A stretch of DNA of 64,000 nucleotides from the human T2T-CHM13v2.0 reference genome, Homo sapiens (GCF_009914755.1 NC_060927.1), one strand, 5' to 3'. Positions 27,442 through 41,326 are shown, counted from the stretch's first letter. Notes: generated by a model from the sequence alone, not told the origin. Made by a program: numbers and translations.

Positions 27442-27712
27442 TTGAAATGGCATCATTGTCTGGGGTAAATACCCAGGGCATTCATTGGCTCATGCCAAGA
27501 AGACTAAGGATAAGAAGATTAGGGAGGTTTAATAGGCAAAAGAAAGAGAAAGGAGAAGAGCTCTCTCTCTTACAGGAGAGAGGGGGTTCCCAAAAGGGAA
27601 ATCTGTCCCAGAGTAGGAGTGCACCAGATTTTATAGGTAGGCTTGAGGAGGCAGTGTCTGATTTACATAGGGCCCATGGATTGGTTGGACCAGGTGTAAT
27701 GTTTACATAATG
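27442..27712 (-). mobile_element. MER50-like ERV1 LTR fragment
   Basis: ttgtctggggtaaataccc...gcttgaggaggcagtgtctgatttacatagggccc. Confidence 0.75.
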
Positions 27713-27984
27713 TCCTAGAATTTCTTCTACATTCCTGTTTGTTCTCTTTAATTTATTTACTCCATTATCTTTTACCTCTGTTACATCCATTCAACAGGAG
27801 AACTCCCATAGAATGAATTCTCAGTTTTCTTTTATTTTTTGTGCATGAGAAATACAAACTAATACTCCAACCCACCTATTTCTGTGAATTACTTTCATTA
27901 CTATATGCCCAGCCTTCCATTTTACCATTACTTCTGCATTTCTCATTGAAATTTCTGTTATAAGTATACTGAAAAGTTGTTCTA

Positions 27985-28065
27985 GCTCTCTCACTCGTTT
28001 CTCTCTCCCTCTCTCTAACACACACACACACAGACACACACACACAGACACACACACACACACAC
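27985..28065. repeat. (CT)n/(CA)n compound microsatellite
   Basis: Seen directly. Confidence 0.9.
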
Positions 28066-28069
28066 CATT

Positions 28070-28820
28070 GCCATCGCCAAATTTCTGTCTGTTAATAGCC
28101 CCACCACCTTTGTTATTAGATTTAAAATCTTCTGATCACTTTCACTGTCTCTCTCTATCGTTCATCACATCTCTCTATTGCTCATTTCTGAAAGTTCACA
28201 GAATATCTTTCCTTTCCATCCCTATGATTACATTAATTTAGAAATTCAGTAATTTTCCATTCAGCTTATTACAATATATTGACAAGTATCTGTCTTTCTG
28301 TAGCCTCTCCTGCCTCTGGGATATCTTAACATACTAGTCTTTTACAAAGCATATCTGTGAACACGTTACTTTCTTGCTTAACAGCCTTCCTTTGTTCTCT
28401 GTGGACTGTGGAATAAAAGTCAAACTCCCTAGGACAGCTTTGAAAATTACCCCCCATTGAATCCTGATTTATCTAGCCAACAATTTTCCATTTTTAACCT
28501 TCTATCTTTGCTCTATGAGCTATGTAAACTATGTCTGATTTTACCTCCACTGTATCAAAATTTACTGTTTTGCTTATTCAAGCCTATCTGCCACAATTCT
28601 TCATTAATTTCCATCTGTCCAATTCTTCATATGTTAATGCCCAGCTAACACGACACTTCTTTTACTTATGCACTCCATGGAGCTTCTCTGCAATTTATTG
28701 TAATATATTTATTAAGTAATGCATTGCTTATTATCTTTCATTAGGTCACATGCTATTTTAGGCTTTCATCTTCGTGAATATCTAATATATTAAAATAAAG
28801 TTTTTCAATGAGTGAATTAA
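28070..28820 (+). mobile_element. L2 (degraded)
   Basis: ttcttgcttaacagccttcc...gaataaaagtcaaactcc L2 body. Confidence 0.55.
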
Positions 28821-29149
28821 CAACATTTTCAAACTTAAAGTTCAAAATGAACTTTTCAAAATTGAAATAAAATAATATTCTGGAAGGATGTTTGATAAAA
28901 TAAAAAACTATCAATATGTTGATATTATCTTGCTCTTATAATTTTAAAATGTATTGTTATTCTAAGTAAGATTATAATTTTACTTCCTTGTCAATTTTTT
29001 GTCCAAATACAAACAGGGACTATGTGAAATTGTCCATCAGAGAAAATAAGCTCCTCCATGTTCTCATACTTTCAAGGAATCCGTCTTCCTGAGAAGACGT
29101 GATTGCTTCTTACAAACGTTTTTGGTAAAGTATGATATAATCTAATCTT

Positions 29150-29570
29150 CATTTTTAAAAAGTATTCTTGGGATATAATTCACAAAACATACAATTCACT
29201 TAATTAGAATTTAATGGTGTTTAGCATATTCACACGTATGGGCATCCATCACAATGGTCAATTTTAGAAAATTTTCATCATTTCAAGAATAAATGCTGTA
29301 CCATTTGGCTATTATGCCATATCCCCCTCCTGTCCTGCCACAAGCAACCACTAACCTACTTCCTTCTTTATAGATTTGCATACTCAAGATGTTTTATAGT
29401 AATGCAGTACTGTAATAATGGACTGGAATCTTTGACTCAGCATATCAATACTTCATATCTTTTTATTACCAAATAAGGTTTCTTTGTATAGATATAGAAA
29501 TATAAGATATACCAAATATAAAAATTTGGTAATTTTTTATTTATTCACTTAACACTTGATGGACACCAAC
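29150..29570 (-). mobile_element. L1MB 3' fragment
   Basis: gatataattcacaaaacatacaattcac...gcaaccactaacctactt. Confidence 0.75.
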
Positions 29571-29911
29571 TGTTATTTCTATTAGAGATCCAGAGAAAAA
29601 AGGGATAGTAGGAACAATGATATGTAAATGTTTGAATGTTGGTATTTTTGATTACGTTTTATTTACTTTCATATTTTATATGCATGCTTTAAGAGTCTTT
29701 GACACCAGGAAGAGAAGAACAAACAGACATGCCAGTTTCACCTTCAATAGCTGATAGTTGTTGAAATAATTTTACATGGTTGAAGAGAGACGGGAGCTGA
29801 ATATATTTGATGTTTCTGAAAAGTGGAGAAACAGCAGAGAGATTCAGAATAAAGAGGCATTAATTATTCATGTACCAATGCTTCTTCATTTTACAAAAAG
29901 GAAAGTTGTCA

Positions 29912-30225
29912 GGCCAGGCATGATGGCTCACGTCTGTAATCCCAACATTTTGGGATGCCGAGGCGGGAGGAGCACCTGAGTCCAGGTGTTAAAGACCAGC
30001 TTTGGCAACACGGCGACGCCCCCGTCTCTACAAAAATAAAAAATTACCTGGGCGTGGTGGCGCGTACCTGTAGTCCCAGTACTAGGCAGGCTGAGGTGGC
30101 AGGATTGCTTAAGCCCTCAAGGTCAAGGCTACAGTAAGCCATGATTGTTCCACTGCATTCAGCCTGGGTCACTGAGTGAGACCCTATCAAAAAAAAAAAA
30201 AAAAGAAAAAGAAAAAAAGAAAAAA
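29912..30225 (+). mobile_element. AluJ
   Basis: ggtcaaggctacagtaagccatgatt; TSD aaagttgtca at 29902-29911 and 30226-30235. Confidence 0.9.
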
Positions 30226-32498
30226 AAAGTTGTCAGTAGCTCACCACTTTTTAAAGAGTTCCTTTATAGCTTGATAAGAATAATGAGTAAATACCAATAG
30301 AGCACTCTCTCTACTAAAGGATTACATTGATTCATTGTATTAGGCTAAGTCATATAAAATTGCTCTTTTTACAGGTGAAATATATTGTCTAATACGGTTA
30401 AACTTACTAGAAATGTCTAGAATGCACTGGTAGAAAGAAGTTTTTCTTCATTTACTTTTTTAAATGTGGTAGTTAGTAAAGGAAAGATAAAGAAAAGGTA
30501 GACAACAAAGGAATATGTCGGTACTACTGTCATAATAAACAAATATCACATCAAACCACATTAGAAATTTTTAAAGTATCTTTTTCTTCATACCATTTTT
30601 GAAAGAATTTATAGCCATAACTTTTTTAGTGGGCATTCACCCTTCATAGAACTAAATTCTGCTCATCTCTCCAAAACCCTTGAATGCATAAACCAAAATT
30701 GGTCTCTTTATAGGCTGGCTAGTAACTTATGACTTGGTTTAAATCAGGTGACACTGAGCAAACAAATTCACTAATGAGAATTGGAAATAAAAGAAATAAA
30801 GCAATGCGGAAGAACAGACAAGAAGAAAGTAACTCATACTTACAGATCCACTGCTGTTCCTGTTAGATAAAGCCTATTTCACCATCTGGATTCCCATAGA
30901 AAGTTTACGTATCCATAAATCAAATCTACATTATCCTGATTGGTTTCTCTTTAGATATATCTGAAAGTACCCTCACCACAAGATGGCTTATAAAGTAGGA
31001 GAAAAATCTCACCCATCTTAACAGTTTGTCAAATTTAAAACTAAAGAAAAACAATCTCTGCTTTCAGTTGTGCATGTCCTAGCCAAATGAATTCAGTCAC
31101 TCTTATTTAGATGTTTATTTTAAAAACTTAGCATCGGTTTCTTTAGAAAGATGCCTTACACAGAAAGGTTATAATTTCATCATTTCTTCTGTGTATGACA
31201 TTTTTAAAGTGATAATATTAGAACAATAGAGGGGTCATACTTGAAGGAAATTCATTAAATGTGACATTTACAAACTGTCACTTTTATTTTATCAGATGAA
31301 TAAATAATGGTGTCATGTATTAAAAAAGTAATTAATTTTTTTCACATTTAACATATAGATTGACAGCTGTATATACATCTACTATAAGATAAACATCACT
31401 AGGGCAGAATGCTGTTCGAGATATATCAGCAGGCATATACAATACTCAATATGACCAAATGAAGGAAAAAACCAGACGTATGCATATTATAGGTATTGCC
31501 ATAACATTTTTTCTGGTAATGCACGGACAAAGAGTTTCCAGACTATTGATATATGATATAGAGCTCATGGTACATATTCTTTATTACAAAGTTATTTGAA
31601 AAATAAAAAACAAACAGTTCTACTAGCAAAGATAAAATCTCTTAGAAATGGTAAACAAAAAAGATTTATTGTCATTGTATGATAAATCTTAAGAGAAAAC
31701 CTTAAATTATTTTTTTGTTCAGAGACTCTTTGTGTTCTTTCTAATAGCTGTAAAACACTAGGAAGTTTTCACTGTAATAGCAATCAATGTGGAAAAAAAA
31801 AGAACGTATACTGCATTTGATTTAGAAACAGATCATTATTCTTCATGTTGCGTTGTATCACACAAGCTTTCTGTATAATTCATAGCCAAAATTATTATGT
31901 TGTAGAGTTACTGGTGCTTTTCAACTTACTATGCTTTAATGCTTACTTTATAAACATGAAATTAAAAAATTATATATCAATTTTTTGCCATTTCTTTTCT
32001 GTTCGAAGTCATTCTTTTTGTCAGCACATACAGAATAGATTACTATGTTAAAGTACTAAAAGGTGGACCTACTGCTGGAAAACAAGAGCAAAGGGGATGG
32101 ATATTAAATATTTTTTAAAAACAGTATTTTTTTAAAAAAAGATAAGTTTACAAAATTTAAAAAATATCGACAAAGAAACATTTAAAAAATCAACTCAGTG
32201 AGAGATATTGTCAACCTTTTGATATGCAATTTTAAAATATTTTATGTGTATGTATAATTATGTGAATACACACACAAATATATACACACACAGAAACACA
32301 CACTCATATATTAAAAAGTGTGGGATTACCATGTACATTTGGCTTAATGACTAGCTTTAATAAGCATTTCTGCAGATTACCCAATATTCTAACATATAAT
32401 TTGTGGAATGCTTCTGATTAATATATATTTAAAAATTAATTCTTTGTAATCAATGTTTAAAGTGTTTCATATTAATCACTGTTGTAGCAATATGTAAA

Positions 32499-33361
32499 CA
32501 TGTGGTGTTTGTTTTTTTTGTCCTTGCGATAGTTTGCTGAGAATGATGGTTTCCAGCTTCATCCATGTCCCTGCAAAGGACATGAACTCATCCTTTTTTA
32601 TGGCTGCATAGTATTCCATGGTGTGTATGTGCCACATTTTCTTTATCCAGTCTATCATTGATGGGCATTTGGGTTGGTTCCAAGTCTTTGCTATTAGGAA
32701 CAGTGCCACAGTAAACATACATGTGCATGTGTCTTTATATTAGCATGCTTTATAATCCTTTGGGTACATACCCAGTAATGGGATTGCTGGGTCAAATGGT
32801 ATTTCTGGTTCTAGATCCTTGAGGAATCACCACAACGTCTTCCACAATGGTTGAACTAATTTACACCCACCAACAGTGTAAAAGCATGCTATTTCTTCAA
32901 TACTTCTCCAGCACCTGTTGTTTCCTGACTTTTTAATGATCGCCTTTCTAACTGTCATGAGATGGTATTTGATTGTGGTTTTGATTTGCTTTTCTCTAAT
33001 GACCAGTGATGATGAGCTCTTTTTCATATGTTTGTTCACCACATAAAACTCTTCTTTTGAGAAGCGTCTGTTTATATCTTTCACCCACTTTTTGAGGGGT
33101 TTTTTTTTTCTTGTAAATTTGTTTAAGTTTTTTGCAGATTCTGGATATTAGCCCTTTGTGAGATAGATAGATTGTAAAAATTTTCTCCCATTCTATAGGT
33201 TGCCTGTTCACTCTGATGATAGCTTCTTTTGCTGTGCAGAAGCTCTTTAGTTTAATTAGATCCCATTTGTCAATTTTGGCTTTCGTTGCCATTGCTTTTG
33301 GTGTTTTAGTCATGAAGTCTTTACCCATTCCTATGCCCTGAATGGTATTGCCTAGGTTTTC
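32499..33361 (-). mobile_element. L1PA6/7-like fragment (ORF2 C-terminus; no poly-A end)
   Basis: ORF2 peptides [31 protein letters not shown] and [17 protein letters not shown]. Confidence 0.92.
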
Positions 33362-33622
33362 TTTAGCTTTCTGTGGCAGAGTCCAGGTTTTTTATGGCCT
33401 CAGAATGGGGGAGTGTGTGCTGATTGGTCCATGGGCAGGCCTGAACAAAAGCACCATTTGATTGGCTAAAAGGCACTGAGAAAGTTCTCACTCTGGTCAT
33501 CAACTCCACCCAGAACTGGCCGCTCAGTTTTCAGGTTTTAAACTGCCGTTGACTTGAAGGTTGAGTTTCACTGGGGACCTACCTCTATCTGCCTAGTAAT
33601 CTGTGTCTCCTGTAGCTATCAT
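33362..33622 (-). mobile_element. ERV1 LTR 5' fragment (LTR27/LTR28/MER52 group)
   Basis: tgattggtccatgggc...ttgaaggttgagtttcactggggacc...gctatca. Confidence 0.7.
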
Positions 33623-34939
33623 CATCACTGATTTTCTACGTACAGATTTCAATTCCAAACAAAAATATATGAGAACGTTCATTTCTCCATACAACTGGTA
33701 AGAGAAAACATTAGTTTTTTTGTTTTTCAATGGCAAAACAATTAAGCATTGCTTTTATTTTAATTTTCAAATACTAGTAAGATCATATATTTCACCCTGT
33801 TATTTATTGTGCAATTTTGCTCAGTTTTAGAGTGTTAATTTTATATATTTTATTCATTAAATCTTTTTTTAAGAAATATATCAGTAATTCGCCTATCATA
33901 TATATTTAAAACTATTTTAACCGTATGTTTCTCTCTCTTTTCTGCTGTACAAAAGTTTTGAAATTCATATAATCAAATATGCCACATTATTTTTCATGGG
34001 GCTTACATATGGAATCATACTTACAAAAGCCTTTATTTCAGAATTATGTAAGTAATTATCCATAAATCTTTAAGCAATTTTACTGTTTCATATGTTATAA
34101 TAAAGTGCTAATGCTTTGAAAACTTAATTTGATTCATTGGTTAAAATCAGGAGCTGATTTCATCTGCATTCAAAAACATCATATTCAATACTGTTTTGTT
34201 TCTCACTCAAATACATTTTATTATTCTTTCCTGATTCATTTGAAATTTCAACTCTATTTGTGGTCTCAACTATATAAGAATATATATAGTTTCTGGCATT
34301 AATACACTGTTGCACTTATCTTACTATCTTTTCCTGTATCTACAGTATATTTTAATTTATACAGTTATAATTTAGGATATTTTTGAATGATTACCTAACA
34401 TGCAACATAAGAAAGATTTAATTTTCATCTAATTTTCTCATCTCTCCTTTTTCTTTCACCATTGTGAAAGTGAGAGGCTGAAGTTGAAAAGACTTAGGTG
34501 GATTAGATTAAGATCTCTCTTTGTGAGTATGCATGTGTGTGTGTTTGTATGTTGCAGTAGTAGCAGTAGTAGTAGTAGTTTTACTGAATCACTATGATAA
34601 AGCTTCTAAATACCTCACCATTCCATCTAAAATTGTACTATGTTCCAAGTGCTCTTACTCATTTAAAGATTTTTTTATTTGGAATTATGAAGTTCATGCG
34701 TAGTGAACTTCATAAAAACACTAGAGCCTTCAAGGAGACAAAATTTTGCTTTCCATTTACAGTTTCCAATAGTACTTGGCTAAAAATTACTACATCAGAT
34801 GCTACTGAGTTTTGGACATAATTTTAAAAGCATTTAAAATTCATTAAGAGCAATAAAAGCAAATATATATTTCATATACATATATATATCTCCATACTTC
34901 TTTTTCTACATCAGAATTATTTCTCCCAGAGACAGATGT

Positions 34940-35043
34940 ATAAATAAATAAAATTATTAATTATTAATTTAATTATAAATTAGTAATTTATAATAAATTA
35001 TATTACTTTATTATAAATTAATAAATTATAAATAAAATATAAA
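34940..35043. repeat. AT-only low-complexity tract
   Basis: Seen directly. Confidence 0.85.
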
Positions 35044-37429
35044 GGTTGGGGTACTGGACAAATTAGTTTGGTAAAAACATACCTAGAGTTATATACATAG
35101 AATTTGCAGTCAAATTAGCAGCTAGTACTGTTAAAAAATAACTATTTTGAGAGTAAAAATAATTAAGGAATCTGAGTAAAATACAGAGTAGAACCTACAG
35201 ATATTTTGACCAAATAAATGACTAGATGCATAGCTATTTATAAAATAATCTGTAAAATCAGAGTTAAAATTTTAGATTCTTACACCAGTAAATATAGTGA
35301 AAGTGCTAGCTTTGTAATCTCATACATAAACAAAAAGAAAAACCTCAGATAATTTGTATTTGGCTCTTAGTTGTGGTTTTTGTTTTGGCATATTTAAAAT
35401 GAATATTTCTAGTGCTCTGAATAGGCACTTCCAATATAATAAAGAAGGACTAAAAAGAGATAACTCATTAGACATTAGAAATGTACCTATTCTGTCCTTA
35501 CTCCTGCTCACCATCTCAATTTGTCTAACCGCATTATGAGAAAGAATGTTTATCACCTAAATAAAGGCAAAGTTCTTAATACAGCTAAATTGCATTATCT
35601 CCAAATTTTCATTAAAATGTTTAAGAGCTGCCAACTGGGATAAAACAGTAGAGAAATTTAAAAAGAAAAAAAAAGATTGGGGGAGGTAAAGAGTAAAATG
35701 CGTATCAAATAAGTAATTTTGCACAGACTGTATTAGTTCATTATATGAAAATCAACAGGCCTTTTATCTGCAAGGTGTATCCTTAGAAAACTGATTCAAC
35801 TTTATTTACGTATCTAATTGTAGACTAAATAGGCACACCTATTTAAAACAATCAGTGAAATACTAAATAAATATTTCAGACCCAGATTTTTCAAAGCATG
35901 CAACCAGGAGAAAATAAAAAGCCAAAATGAGTAATGATCAATGTGGTATCAGAATAAAGTGTACAGGCATAACTTCTTTCCACATATGATAAAATAATTT
36001 CAAAGAATCACTTTGAAAAATGTAGGTAGCATTTGATTATTCTGCAGGCTGCAAACACTGACTAGAATTTACCCAGATATTTATTCAACAGCCTATGGTT
36101 TGTGCACTAATCTGTGAAATTTCATATTGAGTTTGCAGTTTTGTTAACTTCATGTGTCTTTTTTATTTTTATAAAGTCCATCCAGCCAAGGAAAACTACA
36201 GCTGATGAAGGGAAAGTCGGTGTGATAGTAACACCTTTGCACATATCCACATTTTAAGGGGTGAAAAAGTTCGTCATGAAAATAGTAAAACTTCATTCCC
36301 ATTACCTCTGAAGAAAATTATTTCAGAAGCATTAAAAAAATCATGCTGGTTTCTTTTCCTGAAGTGATCTGAAAATTTAAAAACATCAACAGAGGGCACT
36401 AACAGGCTGTTCTGGAAAGCCTTTCATTTCATTGCCTGTAACAATGAAACCTAGCTGGAAAGGCAGTGTTTTTTAGCTGCGTGTAGTTGCAGACGTGACA
36501 TTGGGACAAAAAAATACAAATTAAAATCATATGTACTGTCTTTGGGCAGAAAGATAAATTCATAAACTTAACTCATTAAAATATCACTTGCTTTCTCTAT
36601 ATCAAACTCTCTCTAACTGTATATATTCTCTAACACACCTAATTTTTCTGCCTGTTGTTTCAAATATAATTTATTTCAAGCTCTAGACCTCATTGCATAT
36701 CACTAAACTCAACCCAAGAGAATATTTAGTCATGCAGTCAACTCTGGGTGATCTCCATTGTTGGAGGTATATAGGAATAGTCCCCCAAAAAGTACTCTCT
36801 ACAAATAATAATTGTTCTTGGCATCCTTTTCCTATATTTTGCTTTTGGGGTCATTTCTCATATTCAGCCAAATAAGATCAAAGAAAAAAATCTATGGTAA
36901 TACTCAAACAATTAGTAAAGGCAATACAGAAATGGTTTAAACATTTTGGAATAGGAGCAAACTAATGATAGATTACTCTACAGGATGTAATTTCAGGAGC
37001 TTTGAGTAAGGCTCACTTTTTCTTAACAAAAGCAACCATCAAACAGCTCAGTCATGTCCTATATTCTGTCAGCATAGTTTTCTTCTATTACCTGAAAATT
37101 ATATATTTAAGTAAATATTAATGGAAGAAACAATGCACTTTATCATTTACTTTTACCCATCTCCACCTAAGTTTATCTCATCCCTTCTAAAGAGCAGTAG
37201 CCTATGTTAAGGAAAGAATACTGTATAGAAAATTCTTAAGTGCCTTATGAAGGAAGGGGTGGAGGTGGAAAGGAAAGATCATTTATGAAGAAAAAATTTG
37301 GTTCGATAAGAGGCATGAGGCTGTATACAATCTTTTAATACTAGTTATCTTTACTTAAGGCAGGTCCTGGAGATAAGAAACAGAAATAAAATATTTTATA
37401 GCAGGTATCCTAATTAGAAAATCCTTAGC

Positions 37430-38000
37430 ATTTATTAAACAGAAATATAGTATGTACTTATGATGCACTCACAATAAGATCCGGACTACAATAATAAAAA
37501 AGACAGGGTTCATGTCAATAATTAGCTCAGATTTTATTCACTGACACAGCCATTCAAACAAATAATAATAATCATATTATGTATGGTGAATGTAATGAAG
37601 CACAGAATAAGAAGTGATTAATGCTGCCTGGGAGCACTAAGGATTTTTAAAGAGAAAGTTATATTTGAAATTAGAGATTGGAGGATATGTAGGAGAACAG
37701 CACATAAAACATTGAGGTTCACACTGAGAATAGGAGAAAGAATCTGTTTTGCCAGCCATGTCATAGGACTTATAATTTTTAAGAAACAGATAATTGGTTT
37801 TGGGGTGCTGTGGGAAGAAAGGCTGAAAAATAATTTAAATATTGTGATAGTTGGTTTTTATCCTGTGGATGATAAACAGCAAATAACAGAATAGAGAGGT
37901 TAGCAACAAGAAAACTAGATACGGAGCTGGTGAAACAGTACCCACTGAAGATAATACAGGTCTGGAAAAAAATGAGTGTCAGCCATAATAGAAACATGTA
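37430..38000 (-). mobile_element. L2 fragment
   Basis: catttattaaacagaaatatagtatgtactta tail and L2-like body. Confidence 0.5.
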
Positions 38001-38345
38001 TGTGGTGTGAATCTAATGCAAATGTTTTCACTTTTCTGTAAATTTCTGAATATCTGGTAGAACAGACCTAGCAACAACTTATTTACATGGGAAATTAGGT
38101 AGCTCCTGAGAAATATATAGGCCATGTTAATTATTGGGATTCAAAGTTATATGATAATGTCTGATGAACTGGTAAGACAAGATTAAAAACAATTTATATA
38201 CAGGGAGGTATAAGTGTCTCAACAACAACAACAAATCCATTCTAGAAGAAGGAAGTGACAATACCCAATCCTTAGCTATTCCCCAAACGAAACACAATTT
38301 GGTTCATATTTGAATTCAACGAAGTAAAGCTACTGGTCTTGGTGG

Positions 38346-39516
38346 TAAAACAGAAAAAGTTCTCTTACCCTCCTCGCAGGGCGTACGATGGAGGTGTGGC
38401 TCGCTTCTTCAGTGCCCCACTGGTCAAGACCCTTAGCCAGAGCAGGCAAACAGGCAAGTCATGGGGACCATGGGCGCGGACCCATGCAGCCTCTCGGGGT
38501 GAATGTTTACACCTCCTGAGGCCCCAGTGGGCGTGTGTTACAGGATGCTTTTTCAGCTTAGCTGTCCGCAGGTGGCTTGTGTTAATCAGCTCAATTAGAC
38601 CCTCTGCCTTATCACAAGGACAGACGGCTTTCTGTATCCCAGGTTCTTGCTTTAGTGCACGGGAAAAATTGGATCACCTGTGGGCTTGGAGATCGAGTGC
38701 TAGGTTTTTTATTGAGTTGTGGTAGCTCTCAGCGAGGTGGATGGGGAGATCAGAAGGGGAATGGAGTGGGAAGGTGGTTTTCCCCTATAGTGGGGCTGCC
38801 CAGCAGCCAAATTCTTCTCTGACCTCCCAGGCCAAACTCCACGTCGTTCCGCTGGTCGACACCAGTGCCTGTCGCTGTGCTCTTCCGCTCCTCTCGACAT
38901 CCAGCTGCCTGTGTGCTCTTCTACCAGTGTGTTCCTCTCACTGTCCCGCAGCTCGTGTGTTCTTTCTCCGGTGCGCTCCTCTCAACGTACGTGCGCTCCT
39001 CTCAACGTACGTGCGCTCCTCTCAACGTACGTGCGCTCCTCTCAACGTACGTGCGCTCCTCTCAACGTACGTGCGCTCCTCTCAACGTACGTGCGCTCCT
39101 CTCAACGTACGTGCGCTCCTCTCAACGTACGTGCGCTCCTCTCAACGTGCGCTCCTCTCAACGTACGTGCGCTCCTCTCAACGTGCGCTCCTCTTAACGT
39201 GCGACCGCACAGCTGCTTGTGTGGCACAGCTGCTTGTGTGTTCTTCCGCCAATGTGTGCAACTGCTTGTGTGTTCTTCCGCCAATGTGTTCCTCTCGACG
39301 TCCAGCCACTTCTGTGCCTGCCTGCCTGTCTTGGGGTTTTTACAGGCACAGGATAGGGGACGTGGCAGGCCAGGTGGTCTTGGAAAATGCAAACTTGGGC
39401 ATGAAAACAGGAGCGCTTGTCCTCCCCTATATGCGTGTGCACAGGACCTGAGGTGAAGCCCTAGCCAGGGACCTGCCCTTCTCTACCCAGCGCTTTCCTT
39501 CTCTCATCCCGAGTCA
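38346..39516 (-). mobile_element. LTR1-family solo LTR (ERV1) with an expanded internal VNTR
   Basis: ctcgcagggcgtacgatggaggtgtggctcgcttcttcagtgcccc...ccctagccagggacc...tca; minus-strand AATAAA near 38708-38713; TATA-like element near 39335-39343. Confidence 0.85.
38971..39198. repeat. Minisatellite (GTGCGCTCCTCTCAAC[GTAC])12: nine 20-bp and three 16-bp units
   Basis: Counted directly: 8x20, 16, 20, 16, 16; only the last unit has a substitution. Confidence 0.97.
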
Positions 39517-39619
39517 GTACTGTGAGTATTAGAAAACAAAAATTTGTTTTGTTTAAAACTCTATAAAATAACAATATTACAGTCTCTATTAAAGCAGTGC
39601 AAAGTATTCTCTTCTGTTT

Positions 39620-40030
39620 GTCATTGGACACAGTCCATTTTTAGCAGGCTGGAGGATTTTAGTGCATTGATATTTGTTCCTGCAGAAAGTAATGGCATAT
39701 CGCAAGAAGCTATTACCCAGTATGAACCGCCGTGCTCTGGAGTCCACGGTGGCTGCAGCCTGGAAAGTTTCTTGTAGCCACAGGACATCTGGTGTATCTC
39801 ATAGCATACAGCTCCACCCATCAGACTTCCGGTGGGGAGGGGTGTGGGTGCCCAGCATGAGGAAATGCTCACTAGTTCTTACGTTTCACTTAAAAATGAT
39901 ACGTGCCATATTAAGTCACATTTCACTGGCTCCAGGAAGTCACTCTGCTGCCCCTGACTTCAAGATAGTTGAGAAGTGAGATCCAATCCTGTGTCCAGAA
40001 GTGAACATTTGAAAACAGTGTTGCTGCCGA
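39620..40030 (-). mobile_element. Old MLT1 (K/L-like) LTR fragment
   Basis: cacatttcactggctccaggaagtcac...ctgacttcaag...cctgtgtccagaag. Confidence 0.55.
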
Positions 40031-40289
40031 TTTCAGGTATTATTAATATAGAGATCACAAATGAGGGATCACCTTTGATGAGGCTAGAAAGCAACTGATG
40101 TTTATACTCTCCCTCATTCAATTTTTGTTTTCAATTTCAAGCAATTTGCTCCAATGTGTCTAAAGTTAAGGCTGGCTGTCTCCAGAGATTCTCTAAATAT
40201 TTTTCCTAGTTTTGAGTAATTGTCTGAGATTTATTTAAAAACCTATCTAAATTCAATATCAGCTTCAGAACCATACCACACTGAGAATC

Positions 40290-40503
40290 ACATTACGAAT
40301 TAGAGAGAGAGATCTGTGTTCACTCACTACCTTCTACAATTTTTAAGTAGTTACGTGGCCTTTGGTAGTGTAGTTAATGGATCTGAGACCAGTTTTCCTG
40401 AACTCTAAAATGAATACAATTTCAGTCATTTGTGTTGAACTGAAGTTAAAATTAAAATAAATAAGTAAAGCACTTAGTATGTTTCAGTGCCCAATAAATG
40501 CTT
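40290..40503 (+). mobile_element. MIR
   Basis: tctgagaccagttttcctgaactctaaaatg...gtaaagcacttag...caataaatg. Confidence 0.65.
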
Positions 40504-41024
40504 CTTCACATTCCTTACCTCCATTTATAAATACATATAATCCCTTTAGCTATACCAATCTTAGATTGAATAGAATATGAATTGGCATAGATAGTAGTGT
40601 TTCTATAACTACCTTGTCACAAAGTAAACTGTTTTGTTTAAGCTTTATTTTCTATCTTCTGTTGTCTCTTTGCCAAATTAACATAAAACAACTTCTTATT
40701 TATGTTACCTAAAGTATAATATTAAAATGGATTATACTTAGAATTTGACAAATGTTTCTTACTCAGCTTGATAAGCATCACTGTTTTTATGAAATTATAT
40801 AGATATGTCCATATATGTATGTGTAAATACAGTATACCCTCATATGTGTATAGATATGTTCCTTAATAATAGAATGAATAATTATTGAGAGGGCAACAAC
40901 ATGTTGCTACCAATAACTACAAAAAACTCTTTGAAAATTCAGTAGGAATTAGTCATCGTATCTGTCCCTATGACCCAGTAATGATTATTAAAGTGATTAA
41001 ATACATTTTAAAAGCCTTATTTTA

Positions 41025-41326
41025 GGCCGGGTGGGGTGGCTCACGCCTGTAATCCCAGCACTTTGGGAGGCTGAGGTGGGTGGATCATGAGGTCAGGAGT
41101 ACAAGACCAGCCTGGCCAAGATGGTGAAACCCTGTCTTTACTAAAAATACAAAAATTAGCTGGGCGTGGTGGTGGGTGCCTGTAGTCCCAGCTACTCAGG
41201 AGGCTGAGGCAGGGAATTGCTTGAACCTAGGAGGCAGAGTTTGCAGTGAGCCGAGATCACGCCACTGTACTCCAGCCTGGGCAACAGAGCGAGACTCTGT
41301 CTCAAAAAAATAAATACATAAATAAA
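41025..41326 (+). mobile_element. AluSg-like
   Basis: ggatcatgaggtc, ggccaagatgg; TSD aaaagccttatttta at 41010-41024 and 41332-41346. Confidence 0.93.

Noticed and set aside
38971-39198. CRISPR-like array
   Set aside because: Head-to-tail repeats with no unique spacers, in eukaryotic DNA
38741-39456. Long overlapping ORFs (236, 181 and 110 aa) with repeated peptides
   Set aside because: They result from the stop-free 20-bp VNTR inside an LTR; all three frames give the same repeat, with no evidence of a gene
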